DNA of 64,000 bases from a virus: the IMG/VR virus record IMGVR_UViG_3300044712_000936, positions 1-64,000 of that record; one strand, written 5' to 3'. Under the pieces are notes generated by a model. That model worked only from the letters and a program-made list of their open reading frames with translations. It was not told where the DNA came from and made no database searches. Shown piece by piece: positions 30,660 to 41,567 of this stretch. How positions within the stretch are numbered: the first letter of the stretch is position 1; each line of letters begins with the position of its first letter. The position numbers were made by a program, and so were the translations under genes.

Positions 30660-30716
30660 AAGCAACTCCCTTATTAGTACAAATATTATAGAGTCCAACC
30701 CCAAGAAAACAAAAAT

Positions 30717-30741
30717 AAAAGCCGATCAGAGTCGGCTTTTT
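30717..30741. terminator. Intrinsic terminator
   Basis: AAAAGCCGA-TCAGAG-TCGGCTTTTT. Confidence 0.75.
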
Positions 30742-30758
30742 GCAAAGGTTATGTTTAT

Positions 30759-31004
30759 TTATTTACTGTATTGTTGTACCAGTCGTTCTAGGGTTTTATC
30801 GGGGTATAATTCATCTTCGAAGATAAAGTAGATATGACCATCGACCAACACTTCCCATACAATTACCGATGATTCATGACATTTGAGCAGCTTACCGCGT
30901 TTTCCTCTTAATAAAATCTCATCTATACGACCAGTATAAGGAAATGCGTTCATCTTTACTTTTACATTCTGCCCTTCATGCAAAACGGGCTTTACTCTAG
31001 CCAT
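30759..31004 (-). CDS. Hypothetical protein
   Basis: 81 aa ORF overlapping the upstream gene. Confidence 0.5.
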   Translation of the reverse strand: MARVKPVLHEGQNVKVKMNAFPYTGRIDEILLRGKRGKLLKCHESSVIVWEVLVDGHIYFIFEDELYPDKTLERLVQQYSK

Positions 31005-32062
31005 CGTTCAACATCATCCAAATCCCAGGACCACTTCATTTTGTGTGTGTCAGGATAAAATACCACAGTGGGCCAGCCTAGTTGTCCTCGACTCCAGCCG
31101 CTGATGGTATATTTATCAGGACCAGTTTTAGCGGTTCCTGACTGCAACATCAAGACACGATTAGATGCTCTATTACCAGCTTCATATTCCCACTCAAAAG
31201 CAGGGGCTTCTGTTACTGCATACTGATGTTTATCACCCATTACCAGCAAATCGGCATTGGGAAAATCGAAATGGAAAGCTTTAGAATGAGGCTGCAAAGG
31301 ATTCCACTGGCTGTCTCCCTTAAAGAAATGGGCAACTGCCACGTTATACACTTGAGATCCAACCTCAAACTTGATATAGGCTTTTCCATCGTAAAACGGC
31401 TTGTTAAGAGCCAGATACAAAGCTTTGATAGGATTAGTACCCCAATTCTTAGAGAACCATTTTCCGCCGTGTTGACTTCCTAAGCCAAAAAGCAGTTTGT
31501 TACGTTCATCCAGCTTACCTAACAGTTTTTCAAGAATTTTAATTTGTGTTCTCGGATCAAATATCTGTTCGTAACCAGATTCTGCGTTGGGAAACTGAGC
31601 TAAGAAACCCTCTACATCATCTCCCAACGATGCCCAGTATACTCTCGGCATATCCAGGACGCGATTAAATATTTTCTCGAAATCTTCATATGCGGTATAT
31701 CTGCCCCCAAAATGCACACATGATGGGAACATAACCGCAACAGGTCGATCCGTATTAAAATTTAGTGTATCCAGAGTATAAACCGGATCAATAGTGTTTT
31801 CTAGTGCAACCAGTTCTCTTGTTAGCTGAAAAATCCGATCTAAGTCAAGTTCTGGTAGTTGTTCCTGTGTCTGTATAGATACTTCTACAGTTTTCCAATA
31901 ATCCGTGTCGCGCTCAGCCTTACCAGCCAAGTAATAACCCTTCCACCGTCTAGCTGTTCGATCACTTGTTGCTAAATCCATTTCGTAAAGTTGTCTACCA
32001 GTGGTATCGGGGTGATCTAATAAATAGTCATACGTCTCTGATGGAATTTTAGGCATATACAT
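30992..32062 (-). CDS. Calcineurin-like metallophosphoesterase with variant motifs
   Basis: SCVHFG, LGDDVE, GSQH, VAH, GDKH occur in the order of the DxH/GD/GNH/H/GHxH motifs. Confidence 0.7.
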   Translation of the reverse strand: MYMPKIPSETYDYLLDHPDTTGRQLYEMDLATSDRTARRWKGYYLAGKAERDTDYWKTVEVSIQTQEQLPELDLDRIFQLTRELVALENTIDPVYTLDTLNFNTDRPVAVMFPSCVHFGGRYTAYEDFEKIFNRVLDMPRVYWASLGDDVEGFLAQFPNAESGYEQIFDPRTQIKILEKLLGKLDERNKLLFGLGSQHGGKWFSKNWGTNPIKALYLALNKPFYDGKAYIKFEVGSQVYNVAVAHFFKGDSQWNPLQPHSKAFHFDFPNADLLVMGDKHQYAVTEAPAFEWEYEAGNRASNRVLMLQSGTAKTGPDKYTISGWSRGQLGWPTVVFYPDTHKMKWSWDLDDVERWLE

Positions 32063-32080
32063 TCCTTTCTAGTGGATATA

Positions 32081-32106
32081 AAGAGTGGCCTGTGAAGGCC
32101 ACCCCT
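32081..32106 (-). terminator. Probable intrinsic terminator
   Basis: AGGGGTGGCC-TTCACA-GGCCACTCTTT on the minus strand. Confidence 0.55.
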
Positions 32107-32115
32107 AAACCTGTG

Positions 32116-32391
32116 CTACTTAATGTCGTTACTGTAGAATTCGTTCAGCTTATCGAAAAAAGCCTCCAGATCAGGCAGAGGAGGGGCATTCACTTTTGCA
32201 ACTGGTTCCTTAGTATGGGCAAAAATCAAAACAATACCCATAATCAAAATGCCAATCGACTGCACATACGGAGCAATAGATGATTCAGGAACCGCCACAA
32301 CCAAAGCCACAATCGTAATTACCGCTTCAATAAAACGGTGATCAACAACCAGAATACCAAGTCTTGCAAGAATTTTACGAAAAGTATCCAT
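32116..32391 (-). CDS. Small 2-TM membrane protein (holin-like, tentative)
   Basis: Two hydrophobic helices and a charged C-terminus. Confidence 0.45.
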   Translation of the reverse strand: MDTFRKILARLGILVVDHRFIEAVITIVALVVAVPESSIAPYVQSIGILIMGIVLIFAHTKEPVAKVNAPPLPDLEAFFDKLNEFYSNDIK

Positions 32392-33239
32392 TTAGTACCT
32401 CGCTAATTAATCGAAAATTTGCTGTAACGTAATAATAATAACACCTAACTCCATTAAAAGTAAAAGAATAAGGCTGGCTTTACTAGTTACTTCTTTTCGT
32501 ATATAGATAGTTAGTAAAGCAATTACTAACCACAGACCAACTTCAAACCAGAGAAGAATCACTGCAAAACCTGTTCTGATTCCTCTTTAGCTGGAACTAG
32601 GCGCACCAGTACGTCACCGTACTGAACATGTTTACGGTGTTCACCAAGCACAATCTTTGCACCCAGTACAGCGTTGTAACTAACCATATCACCAACTTCT
32701 TTACCGTGCTCAGGATCCAATTCTGGAATCTCTGTTTCGGTATCGACAATAACATAGGTACTTAGAATATATCTCACTTACACTTCTCCCTTAACACATG
32801 CAGCGGCGTAGATAAAAATTTATTAACGTCTCCATACCAGTAATTAATCCACACTTCACCTATAACCTGATCATTGCAGTAGACAGTGTAACAAAAAGCC
32901 TGTCTAACATTGTTCGTTTCTTTTAGGGAATAGGTGATGATGTTATCAGTAGTTTGCCTAACAGGTTTTAGGTAGTTTTTAACAATTATATTGGCTAAAG
33001 CCTGATTAATCAGTTGCATAATCACCACACAAATAAGCCTGATGCAACTCGCTATAAATAAAGCCTTTATAACGCAACCGTTTACTCAAATCCAATAACA
33101 AATTTCCAACTTCACCATACAGCTTAAATGTTTCTGCTGTAGGTTCCTTTTCCTCGGGTAAGTTATCTAGAATATCATAAACCATATCAGCTAAAATTTT
33201 GATATTCTCTATTTGTACATTTTCCATTGCATCCTCGTT

Positions 33240-33268
33240 ATTATATCACTAATAGCGTAGTTTGTCAA
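33240..33268 (-). promoter_or_regulatory. Consensus sigma70 promoter
   Basis: TTGACA, 17 bp, TATAAT on the minus strand. Confidence 0.85.
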
Positions 33269-34379
33269 TCCTTTTTTAACTTATCAGCAACCAAATTCTC
33301 AACTACCGCAGCTGGATCTTTTTTTAATTCTTCCCAAACTTCCTGCCAAAAAACATCGATGTCTGCCCAACTCTTTTTGTATATCTTTTTCATTCTTTTG
33401 TTGGTTGACTGAATAAATCCACTCAATTCTTCGACACGTGATATAAACTCTAAAGTCTCTTGGTTATTCAATCCAACCTCTCCTTGTTAGTTCTTCAACC
33501 AAAGGTGAATCTTTTGTCCTGATAACGCCACAGTCGGGACAATACTCCGGTAACTGGCACATATGACGCTTAGCGAATCTTCGACAGGCCGGACAATCCG
33601 GCTGATAGTATTCGTATTTTAACTCGTTAAGTGTCATTACCATATATTCTTTCTTTAAACGACTTCTATGCTCATCGGTTATCAGTCGTTCTTGTATACT
33701 TGCTCCCATATCTTAATACCTTTCTGCTCATCGTCTTTGATTAGCCACAACTCAATTAATGTTCTAAGCATTTTTATAGGCTCTGGATAGGTAAGATCGG
33801 AACAAGCTGTAATTATTCCTTCTCCCGAACGACTATAAGAAATGGCCCACCATTCCCCGTTATCCTTATCGTAATCAAGAGCACAATTACTTTCCACAAT
33901 CAGCTGTTGGACTAAATTTATGTCTAAAGGCACAATAGGCATAGATTTACGTTTTGCCAGTTCGTTCATTAACCCTTGAAACGAGTAGGTTTGGTAACGA
34001 TTGCTGTGCATAAAAACCTCCGAAACTCCTTTCTATTGAGGAGTCCTTGTTAACCAATCTTCAATTGCGGCATCAAAATAATCCGCTGCATAAGCTATAG
34101 CTGCATCTTCTGAGTCAAAACAAGCCGCATCTTCATCCTTTATACCATCACCAGAAACTACCACCTTTACTACTCGCTGCTCAGCATTCCACATAGCCAC
34201 ACATGTTACAGCGCGTACTTTCAACTTTACTACATCAGTTACTGTTCTGCGATAAACTTCCTTCCAATTAGGAACATATTTTCCCCCAAAAGACTGACAA
34301 TACCAGCATTTATCAGTATAGTAGTTTCCACATTTAGGGCATTGACTATAGTATCCACTGGAAATTGAGCCGCCTCTAA

Positions 34380-34415
34380 CAGCCGTTCCACTATAATCAG
34401 CCGTTCCACTATAAT
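34380..34415. repeat. 18-bp tandem duplication (encodes DYSGTA x2)
   Basis: CAGCCGTTCCACTATAAT repeated twice. Confidence 0.9.
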
Positions 34416-34447
34416 CAACCATAAAAACCTCCGTATTACTTACTTTA

Positions 34448-35269
34448 TTATAGTCTACTACCATTTTCATACAAAGTCAACAATCTCTTAGCGGATATGT
34501 TATAATACTCGAAATTGTTCTCTGCCCCCGCTACTCGTCTCCCCAGTTTATAACATACTTCTGCCGTTGTTCCACTTCCCATAAAAGGATCAATCACTAA
34601 ATCACCGGGATTAGTTAAAGACAGCACTAATCTACGAACCAACTCAGTAGGAAACTGGCAGGGATGGGCTGTTTTTTCAGGATGTCCATTTTTTACATTA
34701 ACAATATCCCACACATCACCGGGATTTTTACCAAGCGGATTACAGGACAACTCTCCGGCCCTTTTGCCCCTGAAATACCGTTTGAGGGGAAATTTCTGCG
34801 GAACACGCACTGGATCTAGATTAAACACATAATTATCTGACTTAACAAACCATAAAATAGTTTCGTGTCTGCCAGAAAAACGCAGCTTGTCATGCATCCC
34901 AAAACCAAAAGTCCAGATAATACGATTCTTCAACTTCAAATCGTGCTTTTTAAAAAGGTCATAAAACAAAATATCCAAAGGAAACAGTTCTTTGCTGCGG
35001 CCTTTGCCCTGGATATTGTGCCCTACTTGCCAGCAAATACTTCCATTATCAGCCAACACGTCAACACAGGAATCAATAATACCCTGCATTTCAGCAAGGT
35101 AGGATTCCATAGGCTGTTTTTGTTCATAGGATTTTCCAATGTTGTAGGGAGGGGAAGTCACAATCAAACGCGCCTTATCACCAGACTGTTTGACTGTTTT
35201 TAACATATCTTGGCAGGAGCCTAAATAAAGAGCTATTTCAGAATAGGGTGAATAGTAATTTGAGAGCAT
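34448..35269 (-). CDS. Beta-class DNA amino-methyltransferase (N4-C/N6-A), resembling the M.BglII/M.BstYI group
   Basis: TSPPY precedes DPFMGSGTT; GSICWQVG, RFSGRHETILWF, NPLGKNPGDVW. Confidence 0.85.
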   Translation of the reverse strand: MLSNYYSPYSEIALYLGSCQDMLKTVKQSGDKARLIVTSPPYNIGKSYEQKQPMESYLAEMQGIIDSCVDVLADNGSICWQVGHNIQGKGRSKELFPLDILFYDLFKKHDLKLKNRIIWTFGFGMHDKLRFSGRHETILWFVKSDNYVFNLDPVRVPQKFPLKRYFRGKRAGELSCNPLGKNPGDVWDIVNVKNGHPEKTAHPCQFPTELVRRLVLSLTNPGDLVIDPFMGSGTTAEVCYKLGRRVAGAENNFEYYNISAKRLLTLYENGSRL

Positions 35270-35291
35270 GGTATCCTTTTCTATATAATGA

Positions 35292-35365
35292 AGCCTAAGA
35301 ACGGAATCGAACCGTTAACCTACCGCTTACAAGGCGGTTGCTCTGCCAGATTGAGCTACTCAGGC
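35292..35365 (-). tRNA. tRNA-Thr(TGT)
   Basis: GCCTGAG acceptor, D arm GCTC/GAGC, anticodon arm ACCGC-CTTGTAA-GCGGT, T loop TTCGATT; followed by TCA, not CCA. Confidence 0.9.
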
Positions 35366-35488
35366 ATAAATTAGACCTGTATAAAGTATGATTATTTGCG
35401 TAACTAAGTTAGTTGGCTAGTTCCTATCTAGCTACCTATCATACAAGGTTTTCTAATAGGTCGTAAGTGGGCATGAGATAAATCAAAT

Positions 35489-35911
35489 TTAAGCAAGTTT
35501 TATAGCACCGTCTTCAACTTCTCTGTGACAGTTGGCACACAAGAGAATACATTTGTCCAATTCCTCTTGGATACGATCCCAACTGTGACAAAGCCCCCGT
35601 TCTGATAGGCCAAAAGACTTTTTACTAGGATCAACATGATGAAATTCAAGCGCTCTTACACATCGATTGTACCCGCACACCACACAACAGCCGCCCTTAT
35701 ACTCAATGGCTCTTTCCATCATGCGCTTTCGCCACCTTTTGACGTTAGTGGCACTGCCTCTATTTTTGTGTATCCTCCCTAATTGACGCGTATTATGCTG
35801 ACCAAAAGGTGAGCAATCTAAGCAATATTTTCGGTTATGTACACTTCGCTCTTTTCCATCTACAACAATACGATTAGGAAAATGCTTTCTACAATTTTGA
35901 CATATTGGCAT
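35489..35911 (-). CDS. HNH endonuclease-like protein
   Basis: CVVCGY...LEFHHVDP...LLCANCHREV. Confidence 0.85.
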   Translation of the reverse strand: MPICQNCRKHFPNRIVVDGKERSVHNRKYCLDCSPFGQHNTRQLGRIHKNRGSATNVKRWRKRMMERAIEYKGGCCVVCGYNRCVRALEFHHVDPSKKSFGLSERGLCHSWDRIQEELDKCILLCANCHREVEDGAIKLA

Positions 35912-35960
35912 TGGACCTTCTTGTGCGTGTATCTGTATTAATAATATCATAAGGCATTAG

Positions 35961-36033
35961 TGGGCCTTGTTCGATTCGAACGAACGACCAACAGTTTATG
36001 AGACTGCCGCTCTTACCACTGAGCTAAAGGCCC
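35961..36033 (-). tRNA. tRNA with CAT anticodon, probably tRNA-Ile2 (lysidine type)
   Basis: GGGCCTT/AAGGCCC-A acceptor, anticodon loop CTCATAA, T loop TTCGAAT; lacks the fMet C1:A72 mismatch and the GGG/CCC anticodon stem. Confidence 0.85.
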
Positions 36034-36048
36034 ATAAATTTAAAATCC

Positions 36049-36250
36049 AAAACCCTGTATCGAGTCTGTCAAAGCCGCTATCTCCTGACCATTCTAGGAT
36101 GGTGACTAGGTTCCTTAGCTTACGGCATAATAACGACAGCACAATGACAGCAGAACGCATCGATACAGGGTTTTCGAGGAGTATTATCTTTTTCCTCGCA
36201 ACGGTTCATTAACCGCATTTACAGCATACAGATATTAGTCTGTAGTGTTA
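36049..36250 (-). ncRNA. Candidate structured ncRNA at the head of the tRNA operon
   Basis: 15-bp terminal stem AAAACCCTGTATCGA/TCGATACAGGGTTTT with nested stems, preceded by three short hairpins; no credible minus-strand ORF. Confidence 0.55.
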
Positions 36251-36255
36251 TACTA

Positions 36256-36284
36256 ATTATACTACAACAGAACCTGCTTGTCAA
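36256..36284 (-). promoter_or_regulatory. Consensus sigma70 promoter for the ncRNA/tRNA operon
   Basis: TTGACA, 17 bp, TATAAT on the minus strand. Confidence 0.85.
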
Positions 36285-36428
36285 TACCATTCTGTGTAGC
36301 GTTCCGCAAAAACTGGATACCTATGGAACCAGATAATTCGCTGTGAATTCTCTCTGTAAACACTCCATCCCAAAGACCACATATGCCGCTTAATATCTAA
36401 TGTGTTATAGGTGGTCTGGAATTCATCG

Positions 36429-36957
36429 TTATAGCCAGTCATTGTCGTCCCTGTAACAATCCACTAAATACTTAGCGTGTTTCTTAAAAACTACCGATAA
36501 TAGAGACGGACTTATTTCTAATTCTGGATCATCCTGTCCCAAAGCTAAAATTTCGTAAATAACACCACATACAAGTTCGGAAATTTCGTCAGGGTCTTGT
36601 GTAAAATTAACGATTGTTCTTGCCAACATCTTACTCATATCAACTACCGTTGTCTGTACAGGATCGTTAACCACCGCTAATAGCTCCTTTAATTTTTGCT
36701 AAGGCTGATTCAGCATAGTTAACATCAGCCGCCGATGCCATATTCTCAGACATTTGTTCGATGCACACTTGAGAAAACTCAATAAAATGCTCATTAGCCG
36801 CTGCGTTAGCACTAAAAACAAATCCCTCACGAACCAGGGTAGGGAAGTCAGATTTAGTTATTCCCAAATAGCGCAACTCAGCCGGACGAAAGGTACGCAT
36901 AATAGACAAAACAAAATTAACGAACTTAACTTCATTTTTATTCAAGCTAACAGGCAT
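36429..36957 (-). other. Two hypothetical ORFs (36429-36674, 36667-36957)
   Basis: Co-directional and coupled to thyX. Confidence 0.55.
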
Positions 36958-37661
36958 TAGAATTTGTCCTTATATAGTTCAAACGCTTCAGAAGTCCAGG
37001 GCATGATAGGTTTGAAAACCTGCTCATAAATACACTTAGCATACTCTCTAATTTCGTATTGAGCATGAGAGTCCATTCGCAAATTTAGAAAATGCAGTAA
37101 ATTACGAGCATCAACCGTAAACACCAGTGTAAAATACAAAGCGTAAGCTGGCAAAAACACTCTGGATAATTCCTTAGCTACACCATCATGTAAAGCCTGT
37201 TCGTACAGTCTGTAACTCGCATCGATATGGTCCTGCAATCTTTTATAATAGCCGAGGCTGGCTACTGTATCCAGGTATCCGTCGCTACCCTGTTTGTTGT
37301 TGCTGCTTTGTTCCCGCCATGCAGTCGGAACATAGAACTCATTTGCTTCAAATTCTAAATAGCGCCCACTGCTGCTGTTAAAGGAAAAGGTTCTGTGTCT
37401 AAGCAACTGTATGGTAGCCATCAGCGGCATTTTTACCCTAAATTTCATTGTTACCTGTTCTAGTGGCGTATGGTGACGATTTTCAACCAGATAAAACAGC
37501 AGCTGCTTATCTTTTTCTGGCCCTTTAGATTCTCCCAAGAAAGATGTACGAGCGGCATTAACAACAGCTAAATCATCCCCCATCATGTCCTGTAACTCAA
37601 CATAACCTTTATCCAAAACAGGGAATTGTATGCCGATTATAGTTTGGGCATTTGCATTCAT
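36957..37661 (-). CDS. thyX: FAD-dependent thymidylate synthase
   Basis: RHRTFSFNSSSGR signature, VVNAARTS, HAQYEIR. Confidence 0.95.
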   Translation of the reverse strand: MNANAQTIIGIQFPVLDKGYVELQDMMGDDLAVVNAARTSFLGESKGPEKDKQLLFYLVENRHHTPLEQVTMKFRVKMPLMATIQLLRHRTFSFNSSSGRYLEFEANEFYVPTAWREQSSNNKQGSDGYLDTVASLGYYKRLQDHIDASYRLYEQALHDGVAKELSRVFLPAYALYFTLVFTVDARNLLHFLNLRMDSHAQYEIREYAKCIYEQVFKPIMPWTSEAFELYKDKF

Positions 37662-37662
37662 G

Positions 37663-38244
37663 TTAGTCTACTTTCGATGGTGTAATCTCTGTTTGCCCCT
37701 GATATTTACCATCTTTATCAGCGTAACTTGTCAAACAGGGAGCATTACCAGTAAGAAACAACAACTGACCAATACCTTCATTTGCATACACCTTCAAAAA
37801 GAAAGGGGTTGTATTGCTCAGTTCTAGGGTGATATACCCCTCCCATTCTGCCTCGATGGGTGTTGTATTCAAAACTAAACCTGTACGCGCATAGGTTGAC
37901 TTGCCAACGCATAGACCTGTAATATCTCTTGGAATACTGACATACTCTACTGATTTAGCTAAAGCGAAACCGTGCGGTGGCAGCACCACAAACTCGTCAA
38001 CTACTAGCTTATAGAACAGGTTATCGTCAAAATTCTTTGGATCTAATATTCCCGCCTCGTTTTTGGCAACCCAAAATTCGTTACCAACTCTGATGTCATA
38101 ACCAAACGATGATACACCATAAGAAATGACACCAGGACGCTTAATACCCAAAGAAAAGGGATCAATATGCTTAATCCCTTCTTCAATAATCCAGCGATCA
38201 TTTTTAAGCAAGCGTATTTTCCTCGTCTTGGATGTAATACTCAT
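37663..38244 (-). CDS. dcd: dCTP deaminase
   Basis: SYGVSSFGYD, GKSTYARTG, WEGYITLE, YANEGIGQ, KYQGQ. Confidence 0.95.
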   Translation of the reverse strand: MSITSKTRKIRLLKNDRWIIEEGIKHIDPFSLGIKRPGVISYGVSSFGYDIRVGNEFWVAKNEAGILDPKNFDDNLFYKLVVDEFVVLPPHGFALAKSVEYVSIPRDITGLCVGKSTYARTGLVLNTTPIEAEWEGYITLELSNTTPFFLKVYANEGIGQLLFLTGNAPCLTSYADKDGKYQGQTEITPSKVD

Positions 38245-38493
38245 TCAGCCACGAAAACAGCGAATCAATAACTTCACTTCGATCATAGCGGGGGTCAAAA
38301 GTTACAACAAACCAGTTTGCCTTTTTATTGACTGCATTCTCTGGATTAAAGAGAGAAACTTTCAAAACTCCCTCCAGCGTTTCAATCTTTTCCCATAACG
38401 CTGTATCGCAAAACAAGCAGAAAAGCCGTGACGACAAACCGAATTCATCTCTGGCAATATAGTTACGTTTCTTGACTAACTGTGTATGCATAT

Positions 38494-38835
38494 TTATCCT
38501 CTGTTTTTTTCGACTAGTTCAACAATTTCATACGACCTTGCAAAGAAGTCAGCACCAATAGGATATACCTCTCCTTTAACACCAATAGCCAAATAATCAC
38601 CGGGCTTACCCTCATAATTTGTACCCTCTGGTGTTACACAGGTGAAACTCTCATCCATCAAAATGACACGAGTAAGTACCGTTTTACGAGCGTATACAAC
38701 TTTATCCTGCAAACCATTAGTGATCACATCTTCAACATTCGTAAAAACTTTATTGGACACTGGGAAATACCTGCTTTCCATTTTTGAATAGATACAAAGT
38801 TTCGCCAGCAAATACAATCTTTGAAAGACAGTCAT
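38494..38835 (-). CDS. PGDYG-like protein
   Basis: TPEG...GKPGDYLAIGVKGEVYPI...FARSYE. Confidence 0.65.
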   Translation of the reverse strand: MTVFQRLYLLAKLCIYSKMESRYFPVSNKVFTNVEDVITNGLQDKVVYARKTVLTRVILMDESFTCVTPEGTNYEGKPGDYLAIGVKGEVYPIGADFFARSYEIVELVEKNRG

Positions 38836-38960
38836 CGGCTGAAATAGCCATAGCTACCTGTAAAGCTTCTGTTATTGTAGATATATCGTGACAAAACGCT
38901 TTCCACAATCCGTAGGTTGTCATTGTTTCTACGCGAAAGGTGCTGTGATCTTTTAGCCAT

Positions 38961-39494
38961 TCATCTACTATCTTTTGCATGATTATACTCCTGTGCATTC
39001 AATTCGTCAACCACATCTTGAGGGAGAATTTTACGAGTATCAAATTCTTCAAACCAATCGAAAGATCGCACTACATGAAACACCCCACAGGGAGGATGCA
39101 TGGGACCATATGTATTAATATATTCCGCCACACTTTGTTCTATGTGCTCCAATGTTTCCCCGCCATCAACAAGATGTTGATTAAAGTAAACAGAAACCCA
39201 TGCCGGATCTTCCTGCTCTACAAAAACAATGGTAGACTTGTAGTGCTGAATGGGATCTAAAAACTGTTTTTTATTAGAAAAAGCCATAAAAGATTCTGTA
39301 ATGTACTCAAGCAACGCTTTACCAAGACTATCGTCCCGATTTAACGCTTCGTGTAAAACCTTAGATATTTCAATTCTAATTTCAACAGCACGACTACCGT
39401 ACACAGGAGTATACCAGTCAGTACGGAACTTCTCGTTAAACATATTTTCCAGCATCTCGTCAATATAGGGTCTAACATGCTCCTTAGTATACAT
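38961..39494 (-). CDS. Hypothetical protein
   Basis: 177 aa, coupled to the MazG-like gene by a TAATG overlap. Confidence 0.6.
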   Translation of the reverse strand: MYTKEHVRPYIDEMLENMFNEKFRTDWYTPVYGSRAVEIRIEISKVLHEALNRDDSLGKALLEYITESFMAFSNKKQFLDPIQHYKSTIVFVEQEDPAWVSVYFNQHLVDGGETLEHIEQSVAEYINTYGPMHPPCGVFHVVRSFDWFEEFDTRKILPQDVVDELNAQEYNHAKDSR

Positions 39495-39808
39495 TAACGA
39501 TCATCTCCCGATCCAGCAATCACTCCACGCTCTGCCAGCTTAGCCAAATTGGTTCGAGATATATCGTCTAAAGTCAAACCACACCAATCAGCCAAATTAG
39601 CTACCATCCACATAACGTCGCCTAGTTCGCGTTTGATAGCCTGTCCATTATCGGGAGAAATTACTCCTCCCTGATCACGCACAATCTTGGCAAAAATTTC
39701 CAATACTTCCCCTACTTCCCCGGCAAGACCAAAACACAGATAGGGGGCGTTTAGGGCAGTAGGCAGAGCAAATTTAACAGCCTCACTTTGGTAGTCATTT
39801 AAATGCAT
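39494..39808 (-). CDS. MazG-like NTP pyrophosphohydrolase
   Basis: GLAGEVGEV...KRELGDVMW...NLAKLAER. Confidence 0.9.
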   Translation of the reverse strand: MHLNDYQSEAVKFALPTALNAPYLCFGLAGEVGEVLEIFAKIVRDQGGVISPDNGQAIKRELGDVMWMVANLADWCGLTLDDISRTNLAKLAERGVIAGSGDDR

Positions 39809-40314
39809 CGGTATCTCCTACGACATTTCTATATTAAAGCCGACAGGAAAACCTTCACCAGAGAAAATCTGAAATTCCGTACCGTCAATATGGGCGTAAA
39901 TGGTATGCTTTGTACCAGTCTGATCCATATAAACGATTGTATGTTCTCCTTGGTATAGGTTTTCCTTCTGTATTTCCAGCAGCATACTGTACAAAAGCCC
40001 GATTCTTAATACAAGACTTTCATAATCCATTACATAAACCTCAAATTAGTCTAGCTTGCTGCCATCGGTTCTATAACCCATCATATACAACTCAATGCTT
40101 AACTGAGCAACTTCTTTCTGCCATGCATTCATCGTAATACCAGTCAATCGCTGTGCAAGTTTATCCATAGCATAACAAGCAGCCTGAGCACACCGATCCA
40201 CCAGCCAAGTTATTTTTTCCTGCTCAGAAATAGAGTCGTCCCAGTCAGACCAACCGCAAGCAGGACAACTATATCGTGTATAATTTAGTGCTCCGCATTT
40301 AGGACAAGGATTCA

Positions 40315-40722
40315 TCATGTACTCCATGTAGCCGAATAATAATTAGTACCGTCCAAACGAACACTACTAAGTTCTTCCCCATCGAACAACTCTAGGAACT
40401 GCTCAAGAGTTTCGATCTCAAGCGCCCAGTAAAACTTTCTGACATCTCTTACATAATAGTTACCTTCCGTTCGATGATGAGTGCCCTTTTCAAGCCACGC
40501 AGTAGGGGGATCGTCATAAACCGTCTCTGTATCGATATATGGCTCACCATCAGAGTTTAACTTAGCAACTGGAAAACTACGGGATTGACGACGCATCGTT
40601 TCTCTATTTGTATATTCCAGCTTGTATGCCCCGGCAAGAGGGGGGGTTTTAGGGAATGGGTAATCATAATCACCACATCCACCATCACTGTACCAACGTC
40701 TCGTTTTAAGGACAATAATCAT
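40315..40722 (-). CDS. Hypothetical protein, paralog of 42339-42740
   Basis: Shared AGA(Y/F)K.EY, HR.EGNYYV.DV, W.L.I motifs. Confidence 0.65.
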   Translation of the reverse strand: MIIVLKTRRWYSDGGCGDYDYPFPKTPPLAGAYKLEYTNRETMRRQSRSFPVAKLNSDGEPYIDTETVYDDPPTAWLEKGTHHRTEGNYYVRDVRKFYWALEIETLEQFLELFDGEELSSVRLDGTNYYSATWST

Positions 40723-41567
40723 ATTCTACACTATCTTTTCTCTATGAATCTTTTGATCGTAACAACGATTACACCGATCACAAAGATACGAATCAACCGT
40801 GTAACTATATTCATCATCATGAAAATCAACGGTAAGTATAGGCCCATCCAAATGAAAGCCCAACAAACAACGGATATTATTATTGGTCGGCATATCTGAT
40901 ACAATTTTTACTACAACACCTTTATAATAAGGTCTTAAAATAAGATATATACCGCCAATAAGAGATACCGCGCACAATAAAAGAAGTCCTGTATCCACCA
41001 TTTTATCACCTAGATTGAAAGAACTAGTAAAATAATACCAAACATCACAACCGCACTGTCAAACAACATATCGGTTATCATCTGCTGTAACTCATATATT
41101 GTTTCCGGTAAAGGAGAAAAACAGCGCATCAAATTGTAAAACATTGGAACCAGAATGAAACAACCACCGAAAATAAATGCGAGATCCTTCATCATTGTCT
41201 CCTACTACAGCCTAAACCAAATCCAAGTACAAACCCAATCTATAAAGCGATAGACTACAACAAACCACAAAGCTGTGATAAACACAATAAAGGGCAGGGC
41301 TAAAAACAACAATACCGCCAATAGCAAGGACTCAAGCATCCCATTCTCCTAACATATAGTTATGTAATCTCACCAATAGCTTAATAAGAAGCCAGAATAC
41401 CTGAGTTGTGTTATAACAACTAGCACGTTCTGTAAAACCAAAAGGTAAGAACTTAACCTCTACAAAAACAGATATATCACCCTCATAGATAATCTTCCAC
41501 TCAAAATCATCCGGTCTTAGACCAGATTGAACAATTAGATCATCATAAACAGGTGCTTCAACTACCA

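Larger units (their letters stand above)
32559..34470 (-). other. Run of small hypothetical ORFs (32559-32777, 32774-33028, 33006-33227, 33265-33471, 33464-33709, 33682-34011, 34033-34470)
   Basis: Tightly packed co-directional ORFs with overlapping starts and stops; two carry CxxC motifs. Confidence 0.6.
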
